In this document: positions 1-8,651 of the stretch, one piece after another
Layout: each line of letters starts with the position of its first letter
Numbering within the stretch: position 1 is the stretch's first letter
Source of the DNA: a virus
Lineage: Duplodnaviria > Caudoviricetes
IMG/VR virus record: IMGVR_UViG_3300043753_000025
Location: 1 to 55,737 of that record
Reading direction: 5' to 3' (one strand)
Length of the DNA: 55,737 bases
Notes under the pieces: generated by a model
What the model was told of the DNA's origin: nothing
Database searches by the model: none
The model's input: the letters and a program-made list of their open reading frames with translations, nothing else
Translations under genes and position numbers: made by a program

Positions 1-127
1 ATGGCCGGGGTGGCGACGGCCGTCACGACGGGCGTCAGCGACTCCTCGACGTGCGGCAGGGACGCCCGCTCCGGGCCCGGGCCGGACGGCGTGGGGTGGC
101 CGGTCAGCGCCCTGTAGATCTGCCTCA
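1..127. repeat. Terminal overlap copy 1 (identical to 55611-55737); circular assembly
   Basis: Exact 127-bp identity; ORF reads in frame through the junction. Confidence 0.97.
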
Positions 128-527
128 TCAGCGCGGTGAACGCCAACAGTGCGGCGGTCGGCGGGATCGCGGCAACCACCTGCGTGGTGGCGTCCACCCG
201 AGCACCCACGGACACCACGTTCAACACGATGCTGCCGACGGACCCGGCGGCGACGAGGCAGATGGCGAACCAGTCCAGGCAGCGGCGCAGGGCGGAGCGC
301 AGGACGAGCAGCTCGCCGACGGCGATGAAGCTGTCCAACGTGGCGGGCCAGGCCCAGGCGCGGGCGCCGGCGAGGTGGTGGCCGATGGCGAGGTCGTGGA
401 GCGCGGCGTACGAGAGCCAGAACGCAGCAGCGGTGAGCGTGATGGTAACGAGGGCGGCGCCGACGGCAAGGGCGCGGGTGGCTCGGGCGCGGGTAGGCAT
501 GCCGACTGTAGGGTGGCTGACAGCCAT
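1..527 (-). CDS. DUF2637/SpdA-like membrane protein, 5' part (continues across the junction to 55358)
   Basis: ATG at 527 after GGAG; MAVSHPT...LTAAAFWLSYAALHDLA...AWAWPATLDSFIAVGELLVL; about 4 TM segments; same frame as ORF 55358..55636. Confidence 0.8.
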   Translation of the reverse strand, partial: MAVSHPTVGMPTRARATRALAVGAALVTITLTAAAFWLSYAALHDLAIGHHLAGARAWAWPATLDSFIAVGELLVLRSALRRCLDWFAICLVAAGSVGSIVLNVVSVGARVDATTQVVAAIPPTAALLAFTALMRQIYRALTGHPTPSGPGPERASLPHVEESLTPVVTAVATPA

Positions 528-676
528 GGAGTGCACTCTCCGTGGTCAGGGCCGGGCCGGGGCTGTGATCCCCGTGCCTGGCCCGCTTGTTGATGGAGGT
601 CAGCGTACTCCTGACGGGCCGCCAGGTACGGACTGTTGGCGCGGTGAACGCGCTCGCCCACCGATCTGCTGGGGGG

Positions 677-1165
677 TCAGCGGTGCTCGGCGATCACCCG
701 GAGGTCACCCTCCAGGGTTCGCATGTCGCGGGTGACGTGGCTCTCCCAGGTGTCGAGCCGCAGGGAACGGGGGCTCCCCATCTCGGCGTGGGCCTTGGTG
801 ATCTCCCCCGGGGTGTCCAGGTGCTCCAGGCACACGGCGGTGACGAGCGCCTCGTAGCTGAGCGCGTCGTTGGTGCAGGACGGGTGGGCGGTGCAGAGCC
901 GGTGCAGCTCGGGGCTGCCCGTGGCGGTGGCGTCGATGATGTAGCGCAGTCCATGGGCGGTGACGATGGGCGCTTCGGGGTCGGCGTCCTCGGCGGCGAG
1001 GTCCCAGTCCCACGCGTCCGGGGCGCCGAACAGGCCCATGGCGGCGCGGTCGGTGTCAATCGCGGCTAGGAGGTGGGTAGCGGCGATCAGCGAGAGCTCG
1101 ACCTGCTCGCCGGGGCTGGTGCTGATCGGCGCGCCGGTCTTGATGATCTCGGCCAGGGTGGTCAC
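677..1165 (-). CDS. Hypothetical protein
   Basis: ORF 677..1231; GTG 1165 preceded by GAGGAG. Confidence 0.65.
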   Translation of the reverse strand: MTTLAEIIKTGAPISTSPGEQVELSLIAATHLLAAIDTDRAAMGLFGAPDAWDWDLAAEDADPEAPIVTAHGLRYIIDATATGSPELHRLCTAHPSCTNDALSYEALVTAVCLEHLDTPGEITKAHAEMGSPRSLRLDTWESHVTRDMRTLEGDLRVIAEHR

Positions 1166-1299
1166 AGGTTGCTCCTCAGTGGTCTCAGACTGCTGGCTCT
1201 GCACGGCCAGGGTGGCATGGCGCAGGGACATCTCGGATCGGTTCGGGTGGGGCCGGCCGGGCGTGCTGCTCGTGCCCGGCCAGTCGGGGCGCCGGGGGG

Positions 1300-1851
1300 C
1301 TACTCCGTCTCCAGGTCACTCCGGTAGCCGGACCCGAGCCGGTTCTCCAGCCAGTGGCGGACGGTGGACTCGCGCCAGTGCGGGCCCGACGGCTGCCACA
1401 TCCCCAGCCACGCTTCGTCCGGAACGTCAGCTGCCGGCGCCTGGCCTCGGGTGACGTAGCTCCGCCAGGTGCCGGGCTGCACCTTGGCCAGGGCCGCGCA
1501 TTGGCCGGAGCTCAACACTCGGCCAAAGCCGGTCACCTTGTACGAGCGCTCGGCAACGACGCCTTGGCCGAAGTGGTGGAGCACCACGTGGAGTTGGACC
1601 TCTTCGCCTTCCTCGTAGGCCATGGGTGCCTTGTCGCGCGTCAGTCTCTCCTGGACGTCCTCGGCGTCCAGGTCCGCGTAGGTGTTGGGGTGCGAGGTCA
1701 GCCACTCATCCGAGCATCCGAACTCTGCGGCGAAGGCCCAGTCGGTCCAGGGGGTGCCGGGCACTCCCCGCTTCTTGAAGATGGTGACCGTCCGGGGGTG
1801 CGACCGCGACGGCTTCTCGTGGGGGGTGTGGAACAGCTCGGTGAGGTCCAT
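1300..1851 (-). CDS. DNA-binding protein with C-terminal AlpA/MerR-like HTH
   Basis: LSSGQCAALAKVQPGTWRSYVTRGQAPAAD...WRESTVRHWLENRLGSGYRSDL resembles actinophage HTH proteins. Confidence 0.75.
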   Translation of the reverse strand: MDLTELFHTPHEKPSRSHPRTVTIFKKRGVPGTPWTDWAFAAEFGCSDEWLTSHPNTYADLDAEDVQERLTRDKAPMAYEEGEEVQLHVVLHHFGQGVVAERSYKVTGFGRVLSSGQCAALAKVQPGTWRSYVTRGQAPAADVPDEAWLGMWQPSGPHWRESTVRHWLENRLGSGYRSDLETE

Positions 1852-1854
1852 GTC

Positions 1855-1888
1855 TGAACCTTACAGCATTGGCGCTGTAAGGTTCAAG
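1855..1888 (-). promoter_or_regulatory. Leaderless promoter (TTGAAC-18-TAAGGT-6-ATG) embedded in a perfect 13-bp inverted repeat operator
   Basis: TGAACCTTACAGC-ATTGGC-GCTGTAAGGTTCA at 1855-1886. Confidence 0.75.
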
Positions 1889-1912
1889 GGTAAGGACTCC
1901 ACCGCCAGAGGA

Positions 1913-2083
1913 TCAGTCATGATGCTCGCTCCTCTCGCCGACAGCCAGCGCGGCCCCGCCGGCCGCGATGGCGAGTCCGGCGGCGGCCGGGAGCCACTGC
2001 CAGACGGCGGGGCCGAGGGCGGCCAGTACGGTGACCGGGTCGGCGCCTCCGAGGGCGAGGGCGGCGGCCCACAGCAGCCTCAC
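1913..2083 (-). CDS. Small hydrophobic membrane protein
   Basis: 56 aa VRLLWAAALALGG...; GTGA overlap with upstream gene. Confidence 0.5.
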   Translation of the reverse strand: MRLLWAAALALGGADPVTVLAALGPAVWQWLPAAAGLAIAAGGAALAVGERSEHHD

Positions 2084-2316
2084 CGCCGCCTCCGCTTCAC
2101 TCGGGCCCGCTGCCGACGCCGGTACTCGGCGTTCAGCGCGGACGGCTGGCCCGACCGCGCGAGAGCCTCCAGGTGCGCGCGGATCTCCTCCACCTGCGGT
2201 CGCGTGGCGCCCACCGAGGTCATCAGCCGGTGCATCGCGGCGCCGAAGTTCTGCAAGACAGTCGTGATGCGCTCCAACTGCTGGGCCAGGGAAGTGCGCT
2301 GGGTGGAGCCGCTCAC
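2080..2316 (-). CDS. Hypothetical protein
   Basis: GTGA-coupled at both ends; VSGSTQRTSLAQQLERITTV... Confidence 0.6.
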   Translation of the reverse strand: MSGSTQRTSLAQQLERITTVLQNFGAAMHRLMTSVGATRPQVEEIRAHLEALARSGQPSALNAEYRRRQRARVKRRRR

Positions 2317-2747
2317 TGGCCCTCGCCTCCGCTCGGCTGCAGTTCGGTGTGCTCGTGTACGGCGCCGTACAGGTAGCGGGCGCACGACGGCCCCGGGCAC
2401 GGCACCGTCACCGGCACTTCGCCGGGCAGCGCGGGGCGAACCCCGGTGCGCCACTCGGGTAGCTCGTAGTCGCCGCGGCAGCCGCACGGGCAGCCCTGCA
2501 GCAGTCGACGCCGGATCAGGCCGCGCGCCTTCGCGAGGAACAGCCGCTCCGGGAGCCAGCCGACCACGGTCTCCAGCTCGCGCTGGACGCTGCAGCGGTT
2601 CCGCCAGCTGTCGGGCCGGCTGCTGACGCCGGGTGCGTGCCGGACCGCGTCCAGGAACGCGGCGTTGGGGATGTCCTTGCACTGCATCCGCCGGCCGCCG
2701 ACGATGCGAATCTGCTGCTCGGACCGGCCGGGTCGCGTGTCGCTCAC
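2313..2747 (-). CDS. Hypothetical protein with CPCGC motif
   Basis: MQCKDIP...LAKARGLIRRRLLQGCPCGCRGDYEL; coupled stop/start overlaps. Confidence 0.7.
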   Translation of the reverse strand: MSDTRPGRSEQQIRIVGGRRMQCKDIPNAAFLDAVRHAPGVSSRPDSWRNRCSVQRELETVVGWLPERLFLAKARGLIRRRLLQGCPCGCRGDYELPEWRTGVRPALPGEVPVTVPCPGPSCARYLYGAVHEHTELQPSGGEGQ

Positions 2748-2965
2748 CGCTGCTCACCGTCCTGCTGCTCGATCCGGTCTGCCATGGTCGGCGTGGCAAC
2801 CAGCGTCGGCGCCCGCAGCAGCAGGCGGACGCACCCGAGCCCGGACGCGATGCTCACGACCATGGCCGGGTACAGCCAGACCACGTGGTGGGCAAGCAGC
2901 TCCACCGTGTCGGTCAGGACCGCGGCAACGTTGACGGCCAGGAGCAGCCACCAGATCCGTCTCAT
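2744..2965 (-). CDS. Small two-TM membrane protein
   Basis: Two hydrophobic stretches; ATGA/GTGA overlaps. Confidence 0.65.
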   Translation of the reverse strand: MRRIWWLLLAVNVAAVLTDTVELLAHHVVWLYPAMVVSIASGLGCVRLLLRAPTLVATPTMADRIEQQDGEQR

Positions 2966-3495
2966 CGCTGCTCACCGTCCAGCTGCTGGCCGAGCATGCC
3001 CGGGGTGACGTAGCCGGGCCAGCGCCCGTCGGAGAAGAGCGCACACCCGCCGTCGCTGTAGGCCTGGTCCACCAACTGGCTGCAGATCATCCTGCGCGAC
3101 CAGCCGATGTACCACCGCAGGCCGGGGATCGGCAGGTGGAACCGGTGGAGCGCGAGCGCGAGGTAGTCGAGGAAGCTGTACGGCACCCTGGCGTCCGCGT
3201 ACTTCAGCGCGGCGGCGCACACCGCACGCCGCTGGCCGTCCGTCATCCCGGCCGGGGCCAGGTATTCGACGTGACGGCCGTCGTACTCCGTCAGCAACGC
3301 CAGGCGGGCGCCGCCGGGCTGGGCTTCGACGAGCTGCTGACGGCCGTCAGCGTCGGGCCCGACCACGATGAACGCGTGCTCGTAGTCGGAGTACCCGTCG
3401 CCGTTGAGCCACTGGCAGACGCGGATCAGGCGGCCAACACCGCCGCTGATGCGTACCAGGCCGACGTCGCCCGGCTGAGGCTGCTGCTCGGTCAT
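2962..3495 (-). CDS. Permuted papain-like NlpC/P60 (YiiX/YebB-type) amidase/hydrolase
   Basis: QPGDVGLV...YEHAFIV...VEAQPGG...VPYSF...MICSQLVDQAY...VTPG (His before Cys). Confidence 0.8.
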   Translation of the reverse strand: MTEQQPQPGDVGLVRISGGVGRLIRVCQWLNGDGYSDYEHAFIVVGPDADGRQQLVEAQPGGARLALLTEYDGRHVEYLAPAGMTDGQRRAVCAAALKYADARVPYSFLDYLALALHRFHLPIPGLRWYIGWSRRMICSQLVDQAYSDGGCALFSDGRWPGYVTPGMLGQQLDGEQR

Positions 3496-4004
3496 GATGC
3501 CTCCGTCGCACGGGCGGCCAGCAGGGCCGCGATCTGCTCGTCGTAGATGCGCTGCGCTTCGGCGGGGTCCCGGTGCCAGATGTCCACGAGGGTCGTGCCG
3601 TGGCCATTGACCTGGGCGTTCACTTCTGGGGGCGGTGCGGTGTCCCAGAAGGTGGCGGCCGTCGCGGCGGGGGCGCGGTCGCAGGCCCATCCGAAGGCCA
3701 GGATCTGACCGTGCCGGGCATGGAATGTCTGCCGCTGCGGCACGCGGTCCCAGACCTCGTCTTCTTCGATGCGGTAGTCCTGGCGGTCCTGCTCGCGGAG
3801 TGTCTGCACGAACGCCTCGGCGAGGTCGGGGGTGGTGAAGTAGCCTTCCGGGCCGGTGCCGTACTCACTCCAGACCACCCAGATCCGGCGGTGGGACTCG
3901 ATGACGACGGGGACCCGGTCAGCTGGCACGCCGGGGGGTGTCGGCGCGTCGGCGAACGTTCCGCTGCCGGAGAGGTGGCCCGGGCGCGGCTGCTGCTCGG
4001 TCAC
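3492..4004 (-). CDS. Hypothetical protein
   Basis: GTG 4004 overlapping upstream stop; stop overlaps ATG 3495. Confidence 0.65.
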   Translation of the reverse strand: MTEQQPRPGHLSGSGTFADAPTPPGVPADRVPVVIESHRRIWVVWSEYGTGPEGYFTTPDLAEAFVQTLREQDRQDYRIEEDEVWDRVPQRQTFHARHGQILAFGWACDRAPAATAATFWDTAPPPEVNAQVNGHGTTLVDIWHRDPAEAQRIYDEQIAALLAARATEAS

Positions 4005-4114
4005 AGGTCGTCCTCGTCGTTGTCGCGGTGCGCCCAGTGGCGGGAGATGGCGGTGATGGCGGGGGCGCCGACGAGGATCGCGATGATCCACACGCTTGCG
4101 GTGTTGCTGTTCAT
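4001..4114 (-). CDS. Small single-TM protein
   Basis: MNSNTASVWIIAILVGAPAITAISRHW...; GAGG upstream. Confidence 0.55.
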   Translation of the reverse strand: MNSNTASVWIIAILVGAPAITAISRHWAHRDNDEDDL

Positions 4115-4122
4115 CGGCGCGC

Positions 4123-4710
4123 CTACTTCGCTGCCGCGTCGAGCTGCGGGGCGTTGGCGTACAGCTTGATCGGCTGCGAGCTGTACACCCACGGCATGAC
4201 CGTCTCGATCAGCGTGCCGGACGTCGTGAAGAAGAAGACGCCGCTGGGGCCGCCCTCTTCGGGGCCGTACGAGCCGTCGTCGCCCATGGCGTCGCTGACC
4301 GCGCAGGAGCCGCCGTCCTGGGACGAGCCGGACATGCAGTGCGTGATGGCCTGGGTGGACGTCAGCTGGGATCCGGTCGAGGAGACCTTGCCGGAGATGA
4401 CGTAGTAGCCGATGACCTGGTTGGTGTTCGGGGCGAGGAGGTAGACGTAGCCGGTCGAGCCCTTGCTGTTGAAGTACTGCAGCCTCTTGGCGAGGTTCTT
4501 CTGCTCCAGGGGGTCGGAGGGATCCTGGGTGAGGAAGGGGTTCTTGACGTTCTGGAAGTGCGTGGCCAGCAGGTTGTTGTCGTTGCTTCCCTGGTTGGCG
4601 GCGTTCACGGTGGGGGCGGGCGCCGGGTCGGAGAAGACGGAACAGCCGGTCAGGGCGAGGACGCTGGCGGCGGTGAGGGCGGCGGCGGTGCGGCGGAGGG
4701 TGGTGTTCAT
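4123..4710 (-). CDS. Lipoprotein
   Basis: Signal peptide with lipobox LTGC; conserved-looking GKVSSTGSQLT and DDGSYG...GVFFFT. Confidence 0.8.
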   Translation of the reverse strand: MNTTLRRTAAALTAASVLALTGCSVFSDPAPAPTVNAANQGSNDNNLLATHFQNVKNPFLTQDPSDPLEQKNLAKRLQYFNSKGSTGYVYLLAPNTNQVIGYYVISGKVSSTGSQLTSTQAITHCMSGSSQDGGSCAVSDAMGDDGSYGPEEGGPSGVFFFTTSGTLIETVMPWVYSSQPIKLYANAPQLDAAAK

Positions 4711-4715
4711 GGTGG

Positions 4716-5159
4716 TCAGCTCCCGCAGAGGGTGTCGGCGTTGACGGTGGTGGGCAGTCCGGCGGGCAGCCACTGGGCGCCGAGCAGGTTCTGTGCGTCG
4801 GCGTTGTAGCGGGCGGCGTCCTGGCGGCAGTTGAGCTGCGCGCCCTGGTAGTTGAGGCGGTCTTGCTGGGTGGCAGCCGGGCCGGTAACAACGGCCTTGA
4901 GGACGGTGAGGTTCTGCTGGTCGGCCTGGAGCTGCTGGTACTCGCCGTTGTAGGTGGCGGACCAGTGCTCGCGGTTGGTGGCGGACTGCTGGTCGAGGCG
5001 GACCTGGCCGTCGCCGTGGACACCAGCGGTGAAGACGCCGAGCCACCACAGCACCGCGGCGACGATGGCGAGCAGGATGACGACGAGGAAGAGCCATGCG
5101 GCGCCGAGGCCGGTCCAGGCGGCGCCGTCGCGGATCTCGCGGCGCGTGGGGAGAGTCAT
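4716..5159 (-). CDS. Membrane-anchored protein (probable partner of downstream lipoprotein)
   Basis: N-terminal TM helix, helical ectodomain, C..AARYNADA...C. Confidence 0.75.
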   Translation of the reverse strand: MTLPTRREIRDGAAWTGLGAAWLFLVVILLAIVAAVLWWLGVFTAGVHGDGQVRLDQQSATNREHWSATYNGEYQQLQADQQNLTVLKAVVTGPAATQQDRLNYQGAQLNCRQDAARYNADAQNLLGAQWLPAGLPTTVNADTLCGS

Positions 5160-5175
5160 GACAGGCTCCGGGGAT

Positions 5176-5934
5176 TCAGGCAGCGTGCCGCTGCTGGTTG
5201 AGGGCGGTGAGGAGTGCGGGGAGGTGCTGCCACGACCAGACGCGGCGGCCGGTGCGCGGGTCGACGGGCACGGCGGCGCGGCAGTGGGGCCCGCCGGGGC
5301 AGGTGACCGACGGCGGGCCGTCGGGGTCGGTGTGGAGCGTCAACTCCTGGCCGCAGCTGGGGCAGCCGCGGCCGGGGATGACGGTGTGCCGGCGGTCGAG
5401 CCCGAGGACGGTGAGGGTGCGGCGGGCGCAGTCCTCGGCAACGGTCGCGCAGATGGCAATCAGCGCGTCCGACATGCCGCTGAAGCCGTCGCCGAGGTCG
5501 TCACCGGCGAGTCGGCCGTCAACATAGACGGCGGCCCAGTGTGGGCCCTGCGGGTGGGAGTGCTTGAACTGCCACAGGCGCGGGTCGTCACCGCGGGCGT
5601 GCTGGACTTCGCCGGCGACCTGGTCGGCGAGGTCGAGCAGCTGCTCGGTGACGGCCGTCAGCGTCTCGTAGGCGTCGAGGTTGAGGGGTGCCCGGGTGTC
5701 GACGAGCGCGATGCCGCCGCGCTCCAGGCGTTCGGCGCGGGCCTGCTCGTCGGCCAGGGCGCGGAGGTGGGCGGAGAGTTGGCGCGGGGGCCAGACGGGC
5801 GCGGGCGGGCAGTGGACGGCCGCCGCGAGGTCGCCGAGGTGCTCGCGGACGACGGCGAGGTCGTGTCGGGCGTTCTGGGCGTGCTCGGTGTGCAAGGGGC
5901 GGCCTCCGCTGGCACGGGCGTGCGGCCCTCGCAC
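5176..5934 (-). CDS. Zn-binding protein, possible late-transcription regulator
   Basis: CPSCG...CPGGPHC motifs; preceded by ECF-type promoter motif. Confidence 0.65.
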   Translation of the reverse strand: MRGPHARASGGRPLHTEHAQNARHDLAVVREHLGDLAAAVHCPPAPVWPPRQLSAHLRALADEQARAERLERGGIALVDTRAPLNLDAYETLTAVTEQLLDLADQVAGEVQHARGDDPRLWQFKHSHPQGPHWAAVYVDGRLAGDDLGDGFSGMSDALIAICATVAEDCARRTLTVLGLDRRHTVIPGRGCPSCGQELTLHTDPDGPPSVTCPGGPHCRAAVPVDPRTGRRVWSWQHLPALLTALNQQRHAA

Positions 5935-5946
5935 ACCCGCCCTACC

Positions 5947-5974
5947 AAACGGAAGAGGGCCGAAAGTGTGTCAC
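5947..5974 (-). promoter_or_regulatory. Putative ECF-sigma promoter copy 1 (GTGACAC-14-TCCGTTT)
   Basis: 23/28 identity with 31222-31249; both intergenic and upstream of minus-strand genes. Confidence 0.65.
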
Positions 5975-6080
5975 GGGCCCCGCGCCAGGCGCCGGGCCAG
6001 GCGGCCGGCAAGCGCGGCCCAGGTTGATCCGCTTCGGTAGCGTGATTCCAAGACAAGATCGGTCCACCTGGAGGGTGAAC

Positions 6081-6329
6081 ATGCTGGTGACGCTCGAACT
6101 TGGGGACAGCGTGGCGGCCGGGCTGGAGGAGCAGGTCGACGTTGACCTGCCCGCAGTGCCGCGGATCGGCGAGCAAATCCTGTGGTGCGAGGATGTGCCC
6201 GACGGGCGCGGGGGCACGTATGGGAGGCAGCGCGAGTATCGGGTCCGGATGGTCGACTGGACGCTCTCGGCTGAGGAGCCGGGCAAGGCTTTCGTCTTGG
6301 TCCGGCTGGACTTTCTGGCAGATGCCTGA
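6081..6329 (+). CDS. Hypothetical protein (counter-oriented moron)
   Basis: GGAGG RBS; DLPAVPRIGEQI...YRVRMVDW. Confidence 0.7.
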   Translation: MLVTLELGDSVAAGLEEQVDVDLPAVPRIGEQILWCEDVPDGRGGTYGRQREYRVRMVDWTLSAEEPGKAFVLVRLDFLADA

Positions 6330-6337
6330 CTGTCGGA

Positions 6338-6556
6338 TCAGGCGAGTGCGGCAACAAGGGCGGTGATCAGCAGCGCGAGCGTGGCCGAGGCGGCAAGGGC
6401 GGTCACGGCGACGGGCAGGTGCTGGCCGGGCACAGTGACGACCAACACGCTCAGCGGTAGGCCGAGGGCGGCGAGCAGGGCTGCGGCTTTGCCGTCGGCG
6501 CGGGTGAGTTCGGTGAGGATGGTGGCGAGGGCGGTGTCGTAGTCGGGGGTGTCCAT
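6338..6556 (-). pseudogene. Truncated Pycsar-effector-like (DUF5706-like) membrane protein
   Basis: ELTRADGKAAALLAALG plus 2 TM; only 72 aa, C-terminal half missing; AAGGAG RBS. Confidence 0.5.
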
Positions 6557-6577
6557 GGTGCTCCTTGGGCAGCAGAA

Positions 6578-6603
6578 AGCCGCCCGGTGGTTGCCGGGCG
6601 GCT
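6578..6603 (-). terminator. Intrinsic terminator
   Basis: AGCCGCCCGG-N6-CCGGGCGGCT followed by TTCTGCT on minus strand. Confidence 0.7.
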
Positions 6604-6622
6604 GGTGGTGGGGTGGCCAGGG

Positions 6623-7204
6623 TCAGCCTTCGTAGATGCGCTGGCCGTCCTCGTCGCGGGGGCAGTCGCAGCCGCACGCGCAGTCGGCGTGGTCGGGGCC
6701 GGTGCCGTAGCAGATGCAGCCGGACTCGCCGCAGGGCTCACGGTCGTCGTCGCTGGTCGGCCGGGGGCCGCCGAGCTCGGCGGGGAAGTTGGCGGCGGCC
6801 AGGCGGTCGAGCTCGTCGGTGAGGTCGATGCCGGCGTTGTCGAGCGTCACCTGGAGCGCGGTGGCGGCCTCGGACACCGCGACGATGCGCGTGAGGGCGT
6901 CGTCGTCGGTGGGCGGGTTGGTGGTGGCGGCAGCCCAGATGTGCTCGGCGACGATGCGCCGCAGCGTGGTGAGCTCGTCCTGGACGGGGTTGGGGAACGC
7001 GGCGTCGAGCATGGCGCGGGTCTCGGCCGCATCCTGGGCGTCCAGCTCGTTGGCGAGCAGCTCGGTGACGCCCATGTTGTAGTGCTTGGGGCCGGCGAGC
7101 CGGTAGCCCAGGCCGCTGCCGTTCTCGTCGGTGCGGACGAGTTGGACCTGGGGGGCGTTCTCGGCGTGGGTGCGGTAGACGTACAGGGTGATGCGGTCGG
7201 TCAT
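6623..7204 (-). CDS. Hypothetical protein with Cys-rich C-terminus
   Basis: AAGGAG RBS; GYRLAGPKHY; CGESGCIC...CACGCDC. Confidence 0.75.
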   Translation of the reverse strand: MTDRITLYVYRTHAENAPQVQLVRTDENGSGLGYRLAGPKHYNMGVTELLANELDAQDAAETRAMLDAAFPNPVQDELTTLRRIVAEHIWAAATTNPPTDDDALTRIVAVSEAATALQVTLDNAGIDLTDELDRLAAANFPAELGGPRPTSDDDREPCGESGCICYGTGPDHADCACGCDCPRDEDGQRIYEG

Positions 7205-7272
7205 GCTGTTCTCCTTCTGGGTTGGGCCGCCACGGTGGTGTGGCGGCCGTGGTGACGGGCGTCAACGGGCCG

Positions 7273-7842
7273 TCAGCTGGTCTTGCGGTCGGCCGTGCAG
7301 CGGGTGCAGTAGGCGCGACCGTCGGGCAGCAGGGCGCCGTGCATGCTCTGGTCGTGGCCGTGGCGGCAGGTGGCTGGCCGTTCGGCGCTGCCCATGACGA
7401 TCCGGAGTGCGGCCCGGTCTCGCTGCTGGCGGGCGGTGTCGTCCTGGTGGGCGGGGGCGACGCAGTGCGGCATGCCGCAGCCTGGCCCGACGCGGCCTGC
7501 GGGTTCGGTGCCGTGTTGGATCCGGTAGGCGATGCGGGCGGCGGTGTAGGTGTGGCCGGAGTGGCGCATGACGGGGGTTCCGCTGCCGGTGGCGGTCTCG
7601 CCGGCCCATTCGAGGTGGCCGCTGCCGATCGGGCGGGTGCGCTGCCGCCACTTCTCCTCGACGGTCAGCGGCTGCGGGCCGCCGCCGGGCAGTGCGGGAA
7701 TGCCGGCGGCGGCTCGGACCTTGCGAACGTCGCGCCGGTCCATGCCGAGCTCGCGGGCGATGGCGGCGGTGGACTGGCCGGCGGCGGCGAGTTCGCGAAC
7801 GCGGGCGTGCTTGGCGGCGAGTTCGGCGCGGGACGGCGGCAT
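7273..7842 (-). CDS. HTH plus degenerate HNH-endonuclease-like protein
   Basis: STAAIARELGM HTH; HLEWAG...AARIAY...CGMPHCVAPAH; CRHGH...YCTRC. Confidence 0.75.
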   Translation of the reverse strand: MPPSRAELAAKHARVRELAAAGQSTAAIARELGMDRRDVRKVRAAAGIPALPGGGPQPLTVEEKWRQRTRPIGSGHLEWAGETATGSGTPVMRHSGHTYTAARIAYRIQHGTEPAGRVGPGCGMPHCVAPAHQDDTARQQRDRAALRIVMGSAERPATCRHGHDQSMHGALLPDGRAYCTRCTADRKTS

Positions 7843-7844
7843 GG

Positions 7845-8114
7845 TCAGGCCTCCGCGCTGGTGATGGTGTTGAGGATGACGTCTCGGAAGGCGGCGATCA
7901 GCTGGCCGTCGTTGGCGGTCGGCAGGGCAGCGACGCGGTGAACGGCCCCCGCGAGCGCGGTGTTCCGGACGACCAGCAGGCTCGACCGAAGCCGGTCTAC
8001 CTCGGCGATGAGTGCGCGGATCTCGTCGCGGGTGAAGCGGACGGGCCCGGAGTGATTGAGCTTGGCGCGGAGGTCGTTCTCGGCGCTGGCGGTCGGGCGC
8101 GGGATTTCGGTCAC
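7845..8114 (-). CDS. Hypothetical protein
   Basis: GAGGAG RBS; IRALIAEVDRLR. Confidence 0.65.
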   Translation of the reverse strand: MTEIPRPTASAENDLRAKLNHSGPVRFTRDEIRALIAEVDRLRSSLLVVRNTALAGAVHRVAALPTANDGQLIAAFRDVILNTITSAEA

Positions 8115-8125
8115 GGTGGTGCTCC

Positions 8126-8269
8126 TCAGTGGTAGGCGTAGTGGCGGTATTCGGCGGCGTCGTCCTGGGCGGCCCAGGCCAGCAGGCAGTCGGTGCAGGC
8201 GGGGTCGCCGTTGTGGTCGGTGTGGCCGCCTGCGGGGCGGTGGCAGCCGTGGCAGGTGTCGTTGTCCAC
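8126..8269 (-). CDS. Small Zn-finger protein
   Basis: AGGAG RBS; CHGC...CTDC. Confidence 0.6.
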   Translation of the reverse strand: MDNDTCHGCHRPAGGHTDHNGDPACTDCLLAWAAQDDAAEYRHYAYH

Positions 8270-8346
8270 CGGGCGCTCCTGGGGGGTGGGTGGGTCGGCT
8301 GAGTGCCTCGTGGGGCGCCCGTGCGAGACGGGCACCCGGGCGGCAC

Positions 8347-8583
8347 TCAGGCGGCGGGGTAGTCGAACCGCTGGGCGTCGGCGGGGATCGGGAGGCGGTA
8401 GTGCTCGTCCTCGCGGGCGGGCCACACGTGGATGGTGAGCGGGCCGGCCAGGTCGGGTCGGGCGGTGCGGGTGTCGGCGGCGAGCTGGTTGGCGAGGAGC
8501 TGCGGGTCCGTGCCCGCGGGGCGGCTGCCGTAGCGCATGCCCTGGGAGCCGGCGGTGGTGACGCGGTACATGAGGTCGGTCAT
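8347..8583 (-). CDS. Hypothetical protein
   Basis: GAAAGG RBS; MTDLMYRVTTAG... Confidence 0.65.
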   Translation of the reverse strand: MTDLMYRVTTAGSQGMRYGSRPAGTDPQLLANQLAADTRTARPDLAGPLTIHVWPAREDEHYRLPIPADAQRFDYPAA

Positions 8584-8651
8584 GGCGGTGCCTTTCGGGT
8601 GAGCGGTGCGCGGAGGGGTGGTCTGGGCGGCGGTCAGGCGGACGGAAAGCC

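Noticed and set aside
1-127. 127-bp terminal direct repeat as biological genome ends
   Set aside because: It falls mid-gene and its length matches a common assembler k-mer; treated as circular overlap.
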